Below are positions 1 to 9,333 of a stretch of 64,000 nt of DNA, one piece after another; the stretch's first letter is position 1; each line of letters begins with the position of its first letter. The position numbers and the translations under genes are program-made. The notes beneath the pieces are model-generated. The model did no database searches. It saw nothing but the letters and a program-made list of their open reading frames with translations, and was not told the origin of the DNA. Source of the DNA: Cyanidioschyzon merolae (lineage: Eukaryota); NCBI GenBank assembly GCA_000091205.1, contig AP006500.2; one strand, 5' to 3'.

Positions 1-972
1 CGGACCCCATGAGTGACCTGCATGGCCATGGTCAGTTCAAGCGCGCTCCAATAGGTCTACATTGAATCCGGTTCATTGGTGGACTAAAAAGGATACAGTA
101 TCTGTGGGCGGCCTGAGCAGGCACCGCTGAGGCCCTGGACCCGAACTCTCAGGCAGTGATGATGTGAACGGCCTCGAGGGCGCGCAGGAGCTTGCGCGCG
201 ATGAACGTCGGTATCGCGCACTGCGTGCGTGAAGATTGCGTGGCTGCGGCAACAACGCTTGAGACGCATTGACGTTTCCAGGAGGAAGCATCAGCAGAAA
301 CGATTCCTTTCAGAAACGAATGAGAGGCGTCTCTTTGGTCGCGCTTCACCGCGGCGTCCAATGTTGCTTGCGCCGAGCTATGATTCTTTGCAGCGTACGC
401 ACGACTGGCGGGGTGGTGCTGGTGCAGCAAAACAGGCACAGAGGATGCCTGGGTTCATGGCAAATGTACTTGTCATTGGGATCGATTCCCGGGTCAGAAA
501 CGCGACACTCTTGTTTTGGCGTCGTGCCCGAGAGGTGTCTCTAGGAGCAGGAACACTCGGATGAGCTGGGTCCACAGCGTCTGCGTTGCCGCATACAGTG
601 TCAACTGCGCAGGGCTAGTCCCCTGGCACCGAGAAACGCCAGGACGGACGTCTTGTGCAAGAAGCGGACCGGTAGGACGAGCGCATGCAGCAGCCGCGGA
701 TACGCCTGCTTGGGCGCCACCGAAAGGCGCGACCTGTGCACCCTCGTGATGCACGGATTTCGCCACGAATGGGCGCCCAGGTGATGCCGGGCACCCGCTC
801 ATGAGCTTAGTGTTGCGTCATTGCGGGAAGCGCGGGCCCAGGTGCTCGCTGTGTCGTCACAATGGTGCCGGGCGCCCGCGGATACCGGTAGTTGTGCGTC
901 CTTGCGGGATGCACGGGCCCAGGTCTTCTCAGGTGATGGAGCGTTCTGCAAGCCAATCTTCACCCTTGCGGT

Positions 973-1746
973 TTACCAACACGTATACCCTGCATCCGCC
1001 AGGACAATCGCGCCAGTCATTAGACTGGAGGCATCGGATGCGAGGAACAGAACCACGGACGCTACCTCTTCGGGACGACCTACCCGATGTGTTGGCGTCA
1101 TATCAATCCATATCTTGTAAAAGGAATCATCGCTTAGCTGTTGGCGAATCAGCGGCGTCTCGATATACGTCGGGGCGACGGCATTGACGCGGACCCCGCG
1201 GGTCGCCCATTCAGCAGCCAGGGACCTCGTCAGATGATGTACGGCCGCTTTGGTCACGTTGTAAGCGGTCTGCAACTGCGGACGGTTGGCAATCTCTCCG
1301 GACATGGATCCGATATTCACGATACACCCTTGTCCTCGTTCAAGCATGCGACGCCCAAAACTTCGACAACAATAAAAAACGCCATCGACATTGACCTTCA
1401 TGTGACGGTGCCAGTGCTCATCGGTCATATGTTCGGTCGCCTGTCCCATGATGTTAATGCCAGCATTATTCACGAGAATATCGATTTGACCGTGCTCTTT
1501 CTGAATGCGCTCCGCAGCCGTCTCAACTGCGGCCGGGTCTGTGACGTCGACCTGCACGCCTGACGCCAAAATGCCCCGACTCTGCAGGTACTTGAGCGCT
1601 TGGTCAATTCGCTCGGGAACGAGCTCGGCAAGGACGACTTTGGCGCCAGCTTCACCCAGCGCCTCTGCACAGCAAAGTCCAATACCTTGGCCACCGCCGG
1701 TTATGACTGCTACACGTCCATCTAGACGGTACTTCTCGAGGTACAT
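973..1746 (-). CDS. Short-chain dehydrogenase/reductase (SDR) family oxidoreductase
   Basis: 257-aa ORF with an N-terminal Rossmann motif (VITGGGQGIG), an NNAG motif and the catalytic YNVTK (YxxxK) motif. Overall layout is a classical SDR. Confidence 0.85.
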   Translation of the reverse strand: MYLEKYRLDGRVAVITGGGQGIGLCCAEALGEAGAKVVLAELVPERIDQALKYLQSRGILASGVQVDVTDPAAVETAAERIQKEHGQIDILVNNAGINIMGQATEHMTDEHWHRHMKVNVDGVFYCCRSFGRRMLERGQGCIVNIGSMSGEIANRPQLQTAYNVTKAAVHHLTRSLAAEWATRGVRVNAVAPTYIETPLIRQQLSDDSFYKIWIDMTPTHRVGRPEEVASVVLFLASDASSLMTGAIVLADAGYTCW

Positions 1747-1987
1747 AGAGGGGAAACGGGTTAGATCACTTGGTTAATTCAAGCACAAAAGGCACCTGCT
1801 GTGACTACGATTTCTCAACACTCACACTTGACAAAGCGCTGAGCTTGGTTGATGCGTTTGCACGGCGCCTGATACCCAGTGAACACGCACAACCTCACGC
1901 AAGCGTTCTGCTCGCAGAGACGCTCATACAGCCCGGGGTCACCGCGTTACCGATCGCTGCGGCGAGATGCATGCGCCTCGACATCGA

Positions 1988-1988
<1 letters not shown>

Positions 1989-2059
<71 letters not shown>
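1989..2059. repeat. (GCGT)n microsatellite, about 17 units
   Basis: Perfect tetranucleotide run gcgtgcgtgcgt... visible directly in the sequence. Confidence 0.95.
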
Positions 2060-3384
2060 GTTGACACGGCGTCCAGTTCCATGCATCGATTCTAGGTACC
2101 ACTTATATCAGCAGAACATGCAGTGGGGCAGGTCGATTGACTTGCTGCTCGGATGTACACAAAAAAAGACGGGTTTCTTCCTGCTGCCGTCAACATCACC
2201 ATATCCAGCCTTTGTCTCCGACTATTTCCGTATCCTCGCTTGTGTTCCGTTTTAAATGAGCCGCTGAGCTTGCTCGTCTCAAACTCGATTGTCGGCAGTC
2301 AATGGATGTTGATGGCAGTTTGTTCAAGACCCGATTTCGCTGTTCCCACTGCGGCTGTCGACGTATTCCAAAGACAGGCGAAAGCTCCGACCGAAGCCTC
2401 GCTTGCTATTTTCATCTTCTTCGTATAGAGCCGCGCTGTGCTCCTGGCATCGTCGATACCTGGCTGTGGTCTGGTGCCGTCCGGTGCCCAGCACGCTCTC
2501 TACTCCTCCTCCGAGAGCCGCCCAGTGGCGCACGAATACGTGCATCATCGAGCGCTGCATGCCCTCGACGAGTACCCAAGGATACCGTCGATGCCCTCGT
2601 CCGTAACCGCCGGCATTGCCGTACACTGTGATCACGCGCTTGTTCTTTGCGATCCCAGCGGCACGTAATCCGACCGATACACGTGCGAGCGAACGCTCTC
2701 CCTTTCGATCGATGATTCGTGGAACGCGATGTTGTACGTGACGAACCGAGCACCGAAAGAGGAGCCCTGGCAACAGGTCAAGTCGCGATACGTTGATCCG
2801 TGTACGCTCCTCGCTTGTGCCGAGCAGTGACGCTCGATCCACCGGCAGCGGTACCTCCGATGACTCGAGTCCCGGTCCAAGATACTTGTCTATGCAGCCT
2901 GGAGAGACGGGATCGTCTCGGGACGTATCCCGTCAGGGGCGTCACCTTGGTGCAGCGTCCCGCTTCGTCGATCGCTATCGAGACAGGAGGATTTGCTTTT
3001 CGAACGGAATCGACTATTGGACGCGAGCGTTGCACTGAACTTGCGATAAGATCTTTTGTGGCAGTCGTGCGCAGGCGACGTCGAGTATCTATCATTGTCC
3101 ATCAATCGACCGGAATCACAGCGCCCGCGATTCTCCATGAAATACCCAGACAGGGATCTTGAAGAGTGTACGGTACGGGGATGCTGCACATCAGCACAGG
3201 AGCACACTGGAGGCTCGTACATATCCATTGCTTAATGATATCGGATATTTTACGAACGCATCTTCGATGACACTCCGCGAATCATTTTGACTCCAGCAAC
3301 GCAACGAATTCCATCCGCAAGTATTCTTCGAATATATCACTCGGAAAAGACGCCCCCGCATCCTAGAACTAGGTATGGATCCGA

Positions 3385-5229
3385 ATGCTCGTGTTGCTGC
3401 ACTTTGAAATTAGAGCCTGTTCATCAAAAGAAAAAGTTCGCAAGAAAACCGAAAAAAAGAGCCGCAGCGCCATCGGTAGCATATGCCTTTTCCCATCTGA
3501 CACTGGTGGCGTGTGCCGAGTAGTACTCGACTGCTCGCTTGCGCTCACACACTGGACACGTCGAGCTCTGGTTAGGCATATTCCGCGTCGAAGAATGACC
3601 TTTCTTCAAGCTCCAGTCACGTTTTCAAAGGCGCGTCCGCGACCTTGTCGGGGGTTTGTGTCACCACATCCTGAGTATACTCGGAACGCGAGTCGTTTCT
3701 CTCAACGAGTTCCGTTGGAACGTCGACGTTGCCGCGTGCATACCGTGCTTCGACTCGAGCTGTCGGGTGACGCTTTCGACAAATTTGGAGACAGCTGTAG
3801 AGAGACACCTGCTATAACTGCAACGCCGGGCGAGCAGCGTGAGTCGGGGAGTTTTCGCGAGCGCTACGCTTCGCGCCTGCCTGCGTGGCTCCTCACCCGC
3901 CTCGAGTCGGTCGGTTTTCACCGTTATACGCCTATCCAGAAAGCAGCATTGGACCATTTTCTGGGTACAGACGAGTCAGCACAAGGCGAAGAGCGCGCCA
4001 GGGACGCTGTCGTTTTCGGAGAAACCGGCTCCGGCAAGACTCTGGCATACCTCATTCCGCTGCTGGCCACCGTGAAGCCTACCCGTTCAGCAGTGCAAGG
4101 CCTCGTGATTGTCCCTACTCCGGAACTCGCTGTGCAGGTATATCGCGTTGCTCGCCGTCTTGCTGTGGGATACCTAGCCACGACAGCACCTGCATCGTCG
4201 TCAGTGCCACGGCGCGACCGTTTCCTTATAGGCATTGCACTCAACGAGGCTAGTGTCGATCGACAACGTCGCTTCTTTCGGAACGCACCGCCGAGAATCC
4301 TCATCGGCATCGCGGACCGCATTGAGGCTCTTGCGAGATCCAACAAGCTCCGTCTGCACTCCGTCCGCATGGCCGTTATAGACGAGGTTGATGTGAGCGT
4401 CGGGGAGCCCGCCTACCGGGCAAGCCTTCACGCGCTCCTGAACGTGTACTGCATGTCGAGGATCGAGGGACGGCGCACCACAGTGTTCGTTTCGGCAACG
4501 ATCCCCCAGTATCGACATTTCATGGACTATGCACGCCAGCAGGGATGGATGGATGGCGACATCAAAATCCTCGCAACAAAGTCGAGTCCCATGGACGCCG
4601 CACCGCAGGTGCAAGCCGTCCATGCCGCGACTCTCCGGGCCAACGCAGAGGAAACGCCCGCTTCACCGAACGGCCTGGAGTTGGCGTTGCAGCGCACGAA
4701 CGCTCCAGGCGTCGCACAACTACCCGAACGAATCGAACATTTTTATGTCATCTGCACCGAATCGCGAAAAAAGTTGAAAGCGCTTGCTTTCCTTCTCGAA
4801 AGGGAACGCCCTTCGCTTACCCAGGTCATCATTTTTTGCAGTGAATCACGAAATCTTGACCAGATTGCGAACTATATCCATGTACAGGGTCTTTTTACGG
4901 AATCCGAAGTTGCAGTGTTGTCGACAGCGCTTCCGCTGCGACGCCGACGACTCGCTCTGGAGCGCTTTCGCTGCGGCGAGGTCCGAGCGCTTTTCTCCAC
5001 CGATCTGGCGTCACGCGGTTTGGACATACCCGAAACGAGTCATGTGATCAACTTTGACTTACCCGAGACCGCAGAGCAGTATGCCCATCGAGTAGGACGC
5101 ACGGGAAGACTCGGTCGGCGGGGTCGCGCGATCTCGATAATCGTCCCTGGGGAACGATTCGTGCTTCAGCGCTATAGCAATCGCTTCCGCATCGATTTCA
5201 CGGATTGGACCCAAACTTCCCAGAGCTGA
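3385..5229 (+). CDS. DEAD-box-family RNA helicase with DEVD variant of motif II
   Basis: Q motif (GFHRYTPIQ), motif I (GETGSGKT), motif Ia (PTPELA), motif II as VIDEVD, motif III (SAT) and motif VI (HRVGRTGR). The ORF track starts at 3385, but the real start is more likely the Met near 3594 (MTFLQAP...), which is followed by an Arg-rich presequence-like stretch. Confidence 0.8.
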   Translation: MLVLLHFEIRACSSKEKVRKKTEKKSRSAIGSICLFPSDTGGVCRVVLDCSLALTHWTRRALVRHIPRRRMTFLQAPVTFSKARPRPCRGFVSPHPEYTRNASRFSQRVPLERRRCRVHTVLRLELSGDAFDKFGDSCRETPAITATPGEQRESGSFRERYASRLPAWLLTRLESVGFHRYTPIQKAALDHFLGTDESAQGEERARDAVVFGETGSGKTLAYLIPLLATVKPTRSAVQGLVIVPTPELAVQVYRVARRLAVGYLATTAPASSSVPRRDRFLIGIALNEASVDRQRRFFRNAPPRILIGIADRIEALARSNKLRLHSVRMAVIDEVDVSVGEPAYRASLHALLNVYCMSRIEGRRTTVFVSATIPQYRHFMDYARQQGWMDGDIKILATKSSPMDAAPQVQAVHAATLRANAEETPASPNGLELALQRTNAPGVAQLPERIEHFYVICTESRKKLKALAFLLERERPSLTQVIIFCSESRNLDQIANYIHVQGLFTESEVAVLSTALPLRRRRLALERFRCGEVRALFSTDLASRGLDIPETSHVINFDLPETAEQYAHRVGRTGRLGRRGRAISIIVPGERFVLQRYSNRFRIDFTDWTQTSQS

Positions 5230-5440
5230 CAGCGCAGCATACTAGAGTTAATATCCGTTTGGGCACGACGCCGTCAATGTGGCGTTTCCTCTTCAACGAG
5301 GCACACGAGAAGCGCCATGCGATAACCGTTGCCCTACGCGCAACTGGAGCGGAACCGTAATTCTCATGCATAAGCCGTCGACGAATACCCAAGGCAGCGG
5401 CGTCATAATAGATGAACGCTGAACCTATCCCGTTCGACGC

Positions 5441-8400
5441 TTACAGTGCATCTAGACGGAGCACCGTAACGGACACTTGCATGCCGTCCGTGGCGTCCTC
5501 CGAGGTGACTTGTGGACTCGTGCGCGCCGCCGTCTCTGGGACCTCGGCAGCTGCTTCCGTCAGCAGGCGCTCTATGGCCTCATCGGAGAACGTCTTGGAT
5601 GCGTTCTCGTCGTCAATGCTCAGTCGCACACCGTGGCGAACGAGTCCGCGCATGGTGGCCCGCGACAGCGTCTCACGATGGGTCGCGATCCACTGGAGAA
5701 TCCGCGGTAGCGGTGCCAGATGGAGCTGGATGAACTGACAGAGCTCACTTGCGTACGGGAGCGGATGGAAACCCAGCACTTCTTCCAGATTACCGATAAG
5801 GGTCTTGGCATCTACCAGCGCCTGGCTCACGCATTGAATGTCTACACTGGTGACGGGAATCTGTGCGATGCCGTCCTGAACGGCAACAAGTACGCCAAAA
5901 ACGCAGGCGCGCCACAATGGCTCCTCGGCATGCGCCGGTAGTCCTCGGGATTCGTGCAGCATGCGCAAACGAGCCGTTATCTGGGCTACATATGGACTAG
6001 CCCGCGAAACGGAGACCGCATCCTCATTCCCGCCTGCAGAGGCTTCTCCAAGCGTTTCATGCACAGCGCCTTCTGCCGACGGTGAGACCGGGCTCTGTCC
6101 CTGGGTAATAGACTGCCACCAGGGTGCCTTTTTCTGTTTCAACTGTTGAACGACGTTGCGCGTGATCTCTGCGGTATCCACGAGCGCCGGTGCCAGGGAA
6201 CGGTACAATGCCAGTTGCAGCGCATCGGCGAGGCCACGTAGCTGGTTCGCTCTACCAAGAGCCTCGGCGACAAACGCGTTTCGCCATCGGCTTTCCGGTC
6301 GGTATGCAACCTGTGTTTGTTCCTGAAAGGTGGCCGCTGTCTCCAGAGTCAGCGCAGCGACCTGTCCTATGGTCCAGGCCGACTCCACAGCGCAACAAAA
6401 CTTGCTCAAATTGAGTTCCGACCGCGGTCGTTGGAGCGCTGTTGACGACGCTGCACTGGATCCCGGTTCATGTAGAAAGTGTGCCAAAAGTGCTCGCTGG
6501 TACGCACTCAGTGCTGGCCGCAAGCTTTCATACTTTTCCAGTTGAACGAGACTACCGCCTAGAATACCCGTTGCCATGAAGCACGGCGCGTAGACGACAC
6601 CGAGCAGGTACATCGCAAAAAGTGCGATTTGCTGAATCGCTTCCGCAAATAGACCAGCTGGGGCAACATTTGCATATTCAGATGGTGCATACAGCATCGA
6701 TGCGAGCGTGCCAATGCATTCGATCCCAAATACCGATGCGCCCGTAAATGTATAGTCGTCGGGTATAGAATAACCCTCATCACGATGCAAGCGCTCCCAG
6801 ATAATAGACAGGAGATCTTCAACGCGCAAAGAGGCTAGCTCGTGGGTAAGCACCTTCACCACGAGGCACGAATCCGGATCCGCATCTGGTACTGCATACC
6901 AGGCGCGAATCGTCTCCCAGTAAGAACGCCAAGTCTCCGGTACAAAGCGATTCTGATCGAGCTGCATCTGGTTGCGCGTGTCAGTATTTCCCAGCGACTG
7001 AACGCTGATTGCTTGCCAGTCATTGGGAGTCGCAAATATCTCCATGAAGCGCGACTCAATATCACGTTTGAACAGATCAATATAACTCTTGAGGAGAGGC
7101 TTCACGATATTCTCGTGGATCGTAGCGAGCGGCAACGTGCGCTGCTTCCTCTGTCGAGTACCACGCAGGAGGCGTTCTGCATTCAGCTCCAAACTCGATG
7201 TGCGCACTACCGAGCCGTTCGGGCTTGCAGTAACCATTGAATGCTTCCTTGGTGCAGTCGCATCGAAGCTATAGATACCAGCGGCGCGTCCATCAGCGTC
7301 TTCCGGGAAGTGATCATCGGCTGCAATGGATATCCACTGTGTCTCCAGAGCGTGCAGCACCAGTTGGGAGCGCCAAAGCTCCGCCAGCGTCACTACAGGA
7401 TAGGTATCGTGTTCAGCGACAAGCTGATTCGCCATGAAATCGCAGTCCGCGTCGAGTCGAGCTTGCAGTGCCTCCCAAACGATGCTTCGAAATCGTTTGC
7501 TGATCCTGGGGTGTTCGAAAAGCTGTCGCACTGGGTAACAGATTGCTGAGAGAAATCCAGCCCAGCAGTCTAGAAACTCCCACGGATTCCGTGGTCTCGA
7601 GGCCAGTTCCCCACCAGATGGAGCGGTGTTGCTTGGCACATGTTGCGATTTTGGCGTCCGTGGTGCCAACGCGTTGGCATGGGCGCCTGCAGCCTGCCAT
7701 ACGTTCGTAAAGCTCGCAAGCAACGGCGACGCCACCGCAGCCTCTCTTTTGGATAACTCGTTTAAAGTCGCACCGGAGGCTTGCCTCCATTGTGCGCATT
7801 CGAGCGCCCTTGCACGAATCTCGGCAAGCACATGCTCCAAGGCATATGCGAAACGCTCGGCTAGGACCAACTCAGCGCCGAGATTCTCATAGGCGTTCCA
7901 GACGGCCTGGAATACTTCCGCATCGAACTTGCAACAGAGACCCTGCACCTGCTCGAACATGCACTGAAGCGATCGAGCGGCAAGGTCCATGAACACGTCT
8001 GAGAAATCTCTAAATATTCTTCCCTTTCGAACGACAGATCCAAGTTCTCTACGGAGAAGGCTCGAACGATACAGCAGATCGAATGACTTGCAAAGACGAT
8101 TCGCTTCATCATACTGATGCAGACGCAGCGCATCTCGCACTTCGTCTAAGAGCTGCTGCATCCGTCGAATAGTTTCAAGACTCTGTACAACCGAACGCAG
8201 AAATGAACGCTTGCTTACTTTGCGTTCGAATAGCTCTTCTGATACGTGCAGTTCTTTTCTTGAGCGACGAATAAGGTTCGAGTTTTCAGAAAGCGTCCCG
8301 AGTGCTTTCGACAAAGCGTCCGACACCAAATCCAGTGCGAGCGTTCGCTGCGCAACAGCTTCCGGGCCGGCCCGCAGTCGGACGTAGCGATTACTTCCCA

Positions 8401-9076
8401 AAGCCTGCGCTTGGTAGAGATGAGCCGTGTAACAGTCCAGCTGCTCGGTTGCTCGACCTAACTCATCAATGGCTTCGGTAAGGGCGCTCAAATTGATTAT
8501 CATTTTGCCATCAGCTCGTCGTCGAGATGCACGCATTAGAGCCTCCTGCAGCAAACTCGACGGTGTAACGCTTTCAATGACTTTGAGCTCGGACGCTTTT
8601 TCGTTGGACTCCTTGGCGCCGGCAGCGGCAACGGCACGTTCCACCGTGCTCAAGGAGACGTGCAACGACTTGAGCTGACGAAAAGACAGCTTTTTCGTGC
8701 CTCTCTCCGAACTTGCTGCTTGTCGGTTGCCGTCCTCGGTCGTGTCACTGTGGCGAGGCCGTTCGGGAACGACGGCAGCCGCTGTCGCTCGGGACTGGTT
8801 TTGCCGTGCATTGTAAGCGCGGCAAGTGCTCTCGTACTCAGAATTACAGTGCGAAAACGAGCCAGTGCCTACCGTGGAGCTGCCTGAACCGCCAACGGAT
8901 CCTAACAAACGTAACTCTTTCGCCAGAGGTTCGAACGGGCGTCCCGCAATGTGAAGCTGCTCTGCTGAGAACGAGCGACCGACCCGGAGCCCCCGGGAGT
9001 GGCGTGTTTTTTCGGAGTTCCACGAACCAACGTGCTCACCGGTTTCACGGGGCCGTTCGTGAAGAGATTCCATCAA
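5441..9076 (-). CDS. Large conserved hypothetical protein (1211 aa), function not assignable from sequence
   Basis: Long uninterrupted ORF with coding-like composition and helical, coiled-coil-like stretches. I recognise no catalytic motif. A vesicle-tethering-complex subunit is only a weak guess. Confidence 0.55.
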   Translation of the reverse strand: MMESLHERPRETGEHVGSWNSEKTRHSRGLRVGRSFSAEQLHIAGRPFEPLAKELRLLGSVGGSGSSTVGTGSFSHCNSEYESTCRAYNARQNQSRATAAAVVPERPRHSDTTEDGNRQAASSERGTKKLSFRQLKSLHVSLSTVERAVAAAGAKESNEKASELKVIESVTPSSLLQEALMRASRRRADGKMIINLSALTEAIDELGRATEQLDCYTAHLYQAQALGSNRYVRLRAGPEAVAQRTLALDLVSDALSKALGTLSENSNLIRRSRKELHVSEELFERKVSKRSFLRSVVQSLETIRRMQQLLDEVRDALRLHQYDEANRLCKSFDLLYRSSLLRRELGSVVRKGRIFRDFSDVFMDLAARSLQCMFEQVQGLCCKFDAEVFQAVWNAYENLGAELVLAERFAYALEHVLAEIRARALECAQWRQASGATLNELSKREAAVASPLLASFTNVWQAAGAHANALAPRTPKSQHVPSNTAPSGGELASRPRNPWEFLDCWAGFLSAICYPVRQLFEHPRISKRFRSIVWEALQARLDADCDFMANQLVAEHDTYPVVTLAELWRSQLVLHALETQWISIAADDHFPEDADGRAAGIYSFDATAPRKHSMVTASPNGSVVRTSSLELNAERLLRGTRQRKQRTLPLATIHENIVKPLLKSYIDLFKRDIESRFMEIFATPNDWQAISVQSLGNTDTRNQMQLDQNRFVPETWRSYWETIRAWYAVPDADPDSCLVVKVLTHELASLRVEDLLSIIWERLHRDEGYSIPDDYTFTGASVFGIECIGTLASMLYAPSEYANVAPAGLFAEAIQQIALFAMYLLGVVYAPCFMATGILGGSLVQLEKYESLRPALSAYQRALLAHFLHEPGSSAASSTALQRPRSELNLSKFCCAVESAWTIGQVAALTLETAATFQEQTQVAYRPESRWRNAFVAEALGRANQLRGLADALQLALYRSLAPALVDTAEITRNVVQQLKQKKAPWWQSITQGQSPVSPSAEGAVHETLGEASAGGNEDAVSVSRASPYVAQITARLRMLHESRGLPAHAEEPLWRACVFGVLVAVQDGIAQIPVTSVDIQCVSQALVDAKTLIGNLEEVLGFHPLPYASELCQFIQLHLAPLPRILQWIATHRETLSRATMRGLVRHGVRLSIDDENASKTFSDEAIERLLTEAAAEVPETAARTSPQVTSEDATDGMQVSVTVLRLDAL

Positions 9077-9333
9077 AAGGTAGCATAATCAAGTCGGCAC
9101 AGCACGCACCAACAACGCCTTTCGAAAGAGAAACGTTGTCACCGGGCGTGTATAGTAGTGGCGAGTGACCTGCCCTAGACAAGAAGTCTCCAACTGAGGT
9201 GCAGACGCCTCTCCGTCTTTTTGGACCGGCCACCCACCACTTCTTCAAACTTTTTCTCATATAGTTCTACTTTGAGAGGTTTTCCAATAAAATTCTCTCG
9301 TATCAGCTCTGGAGGTCTATTCTCCAGCACCGC

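Noticed and set aside
1-970. Many overlapping 60-130-aa ORFs on both strands, Arg/Ala/Pro-rich
   Set aside because: GC-rich sequence generates long spurious ORFs. There is no motif content. Overlapping frames on both strands suggest non-coding DNA. A 34-nt imperfect direct repeat (815-848 / 896-930) is the only structure.
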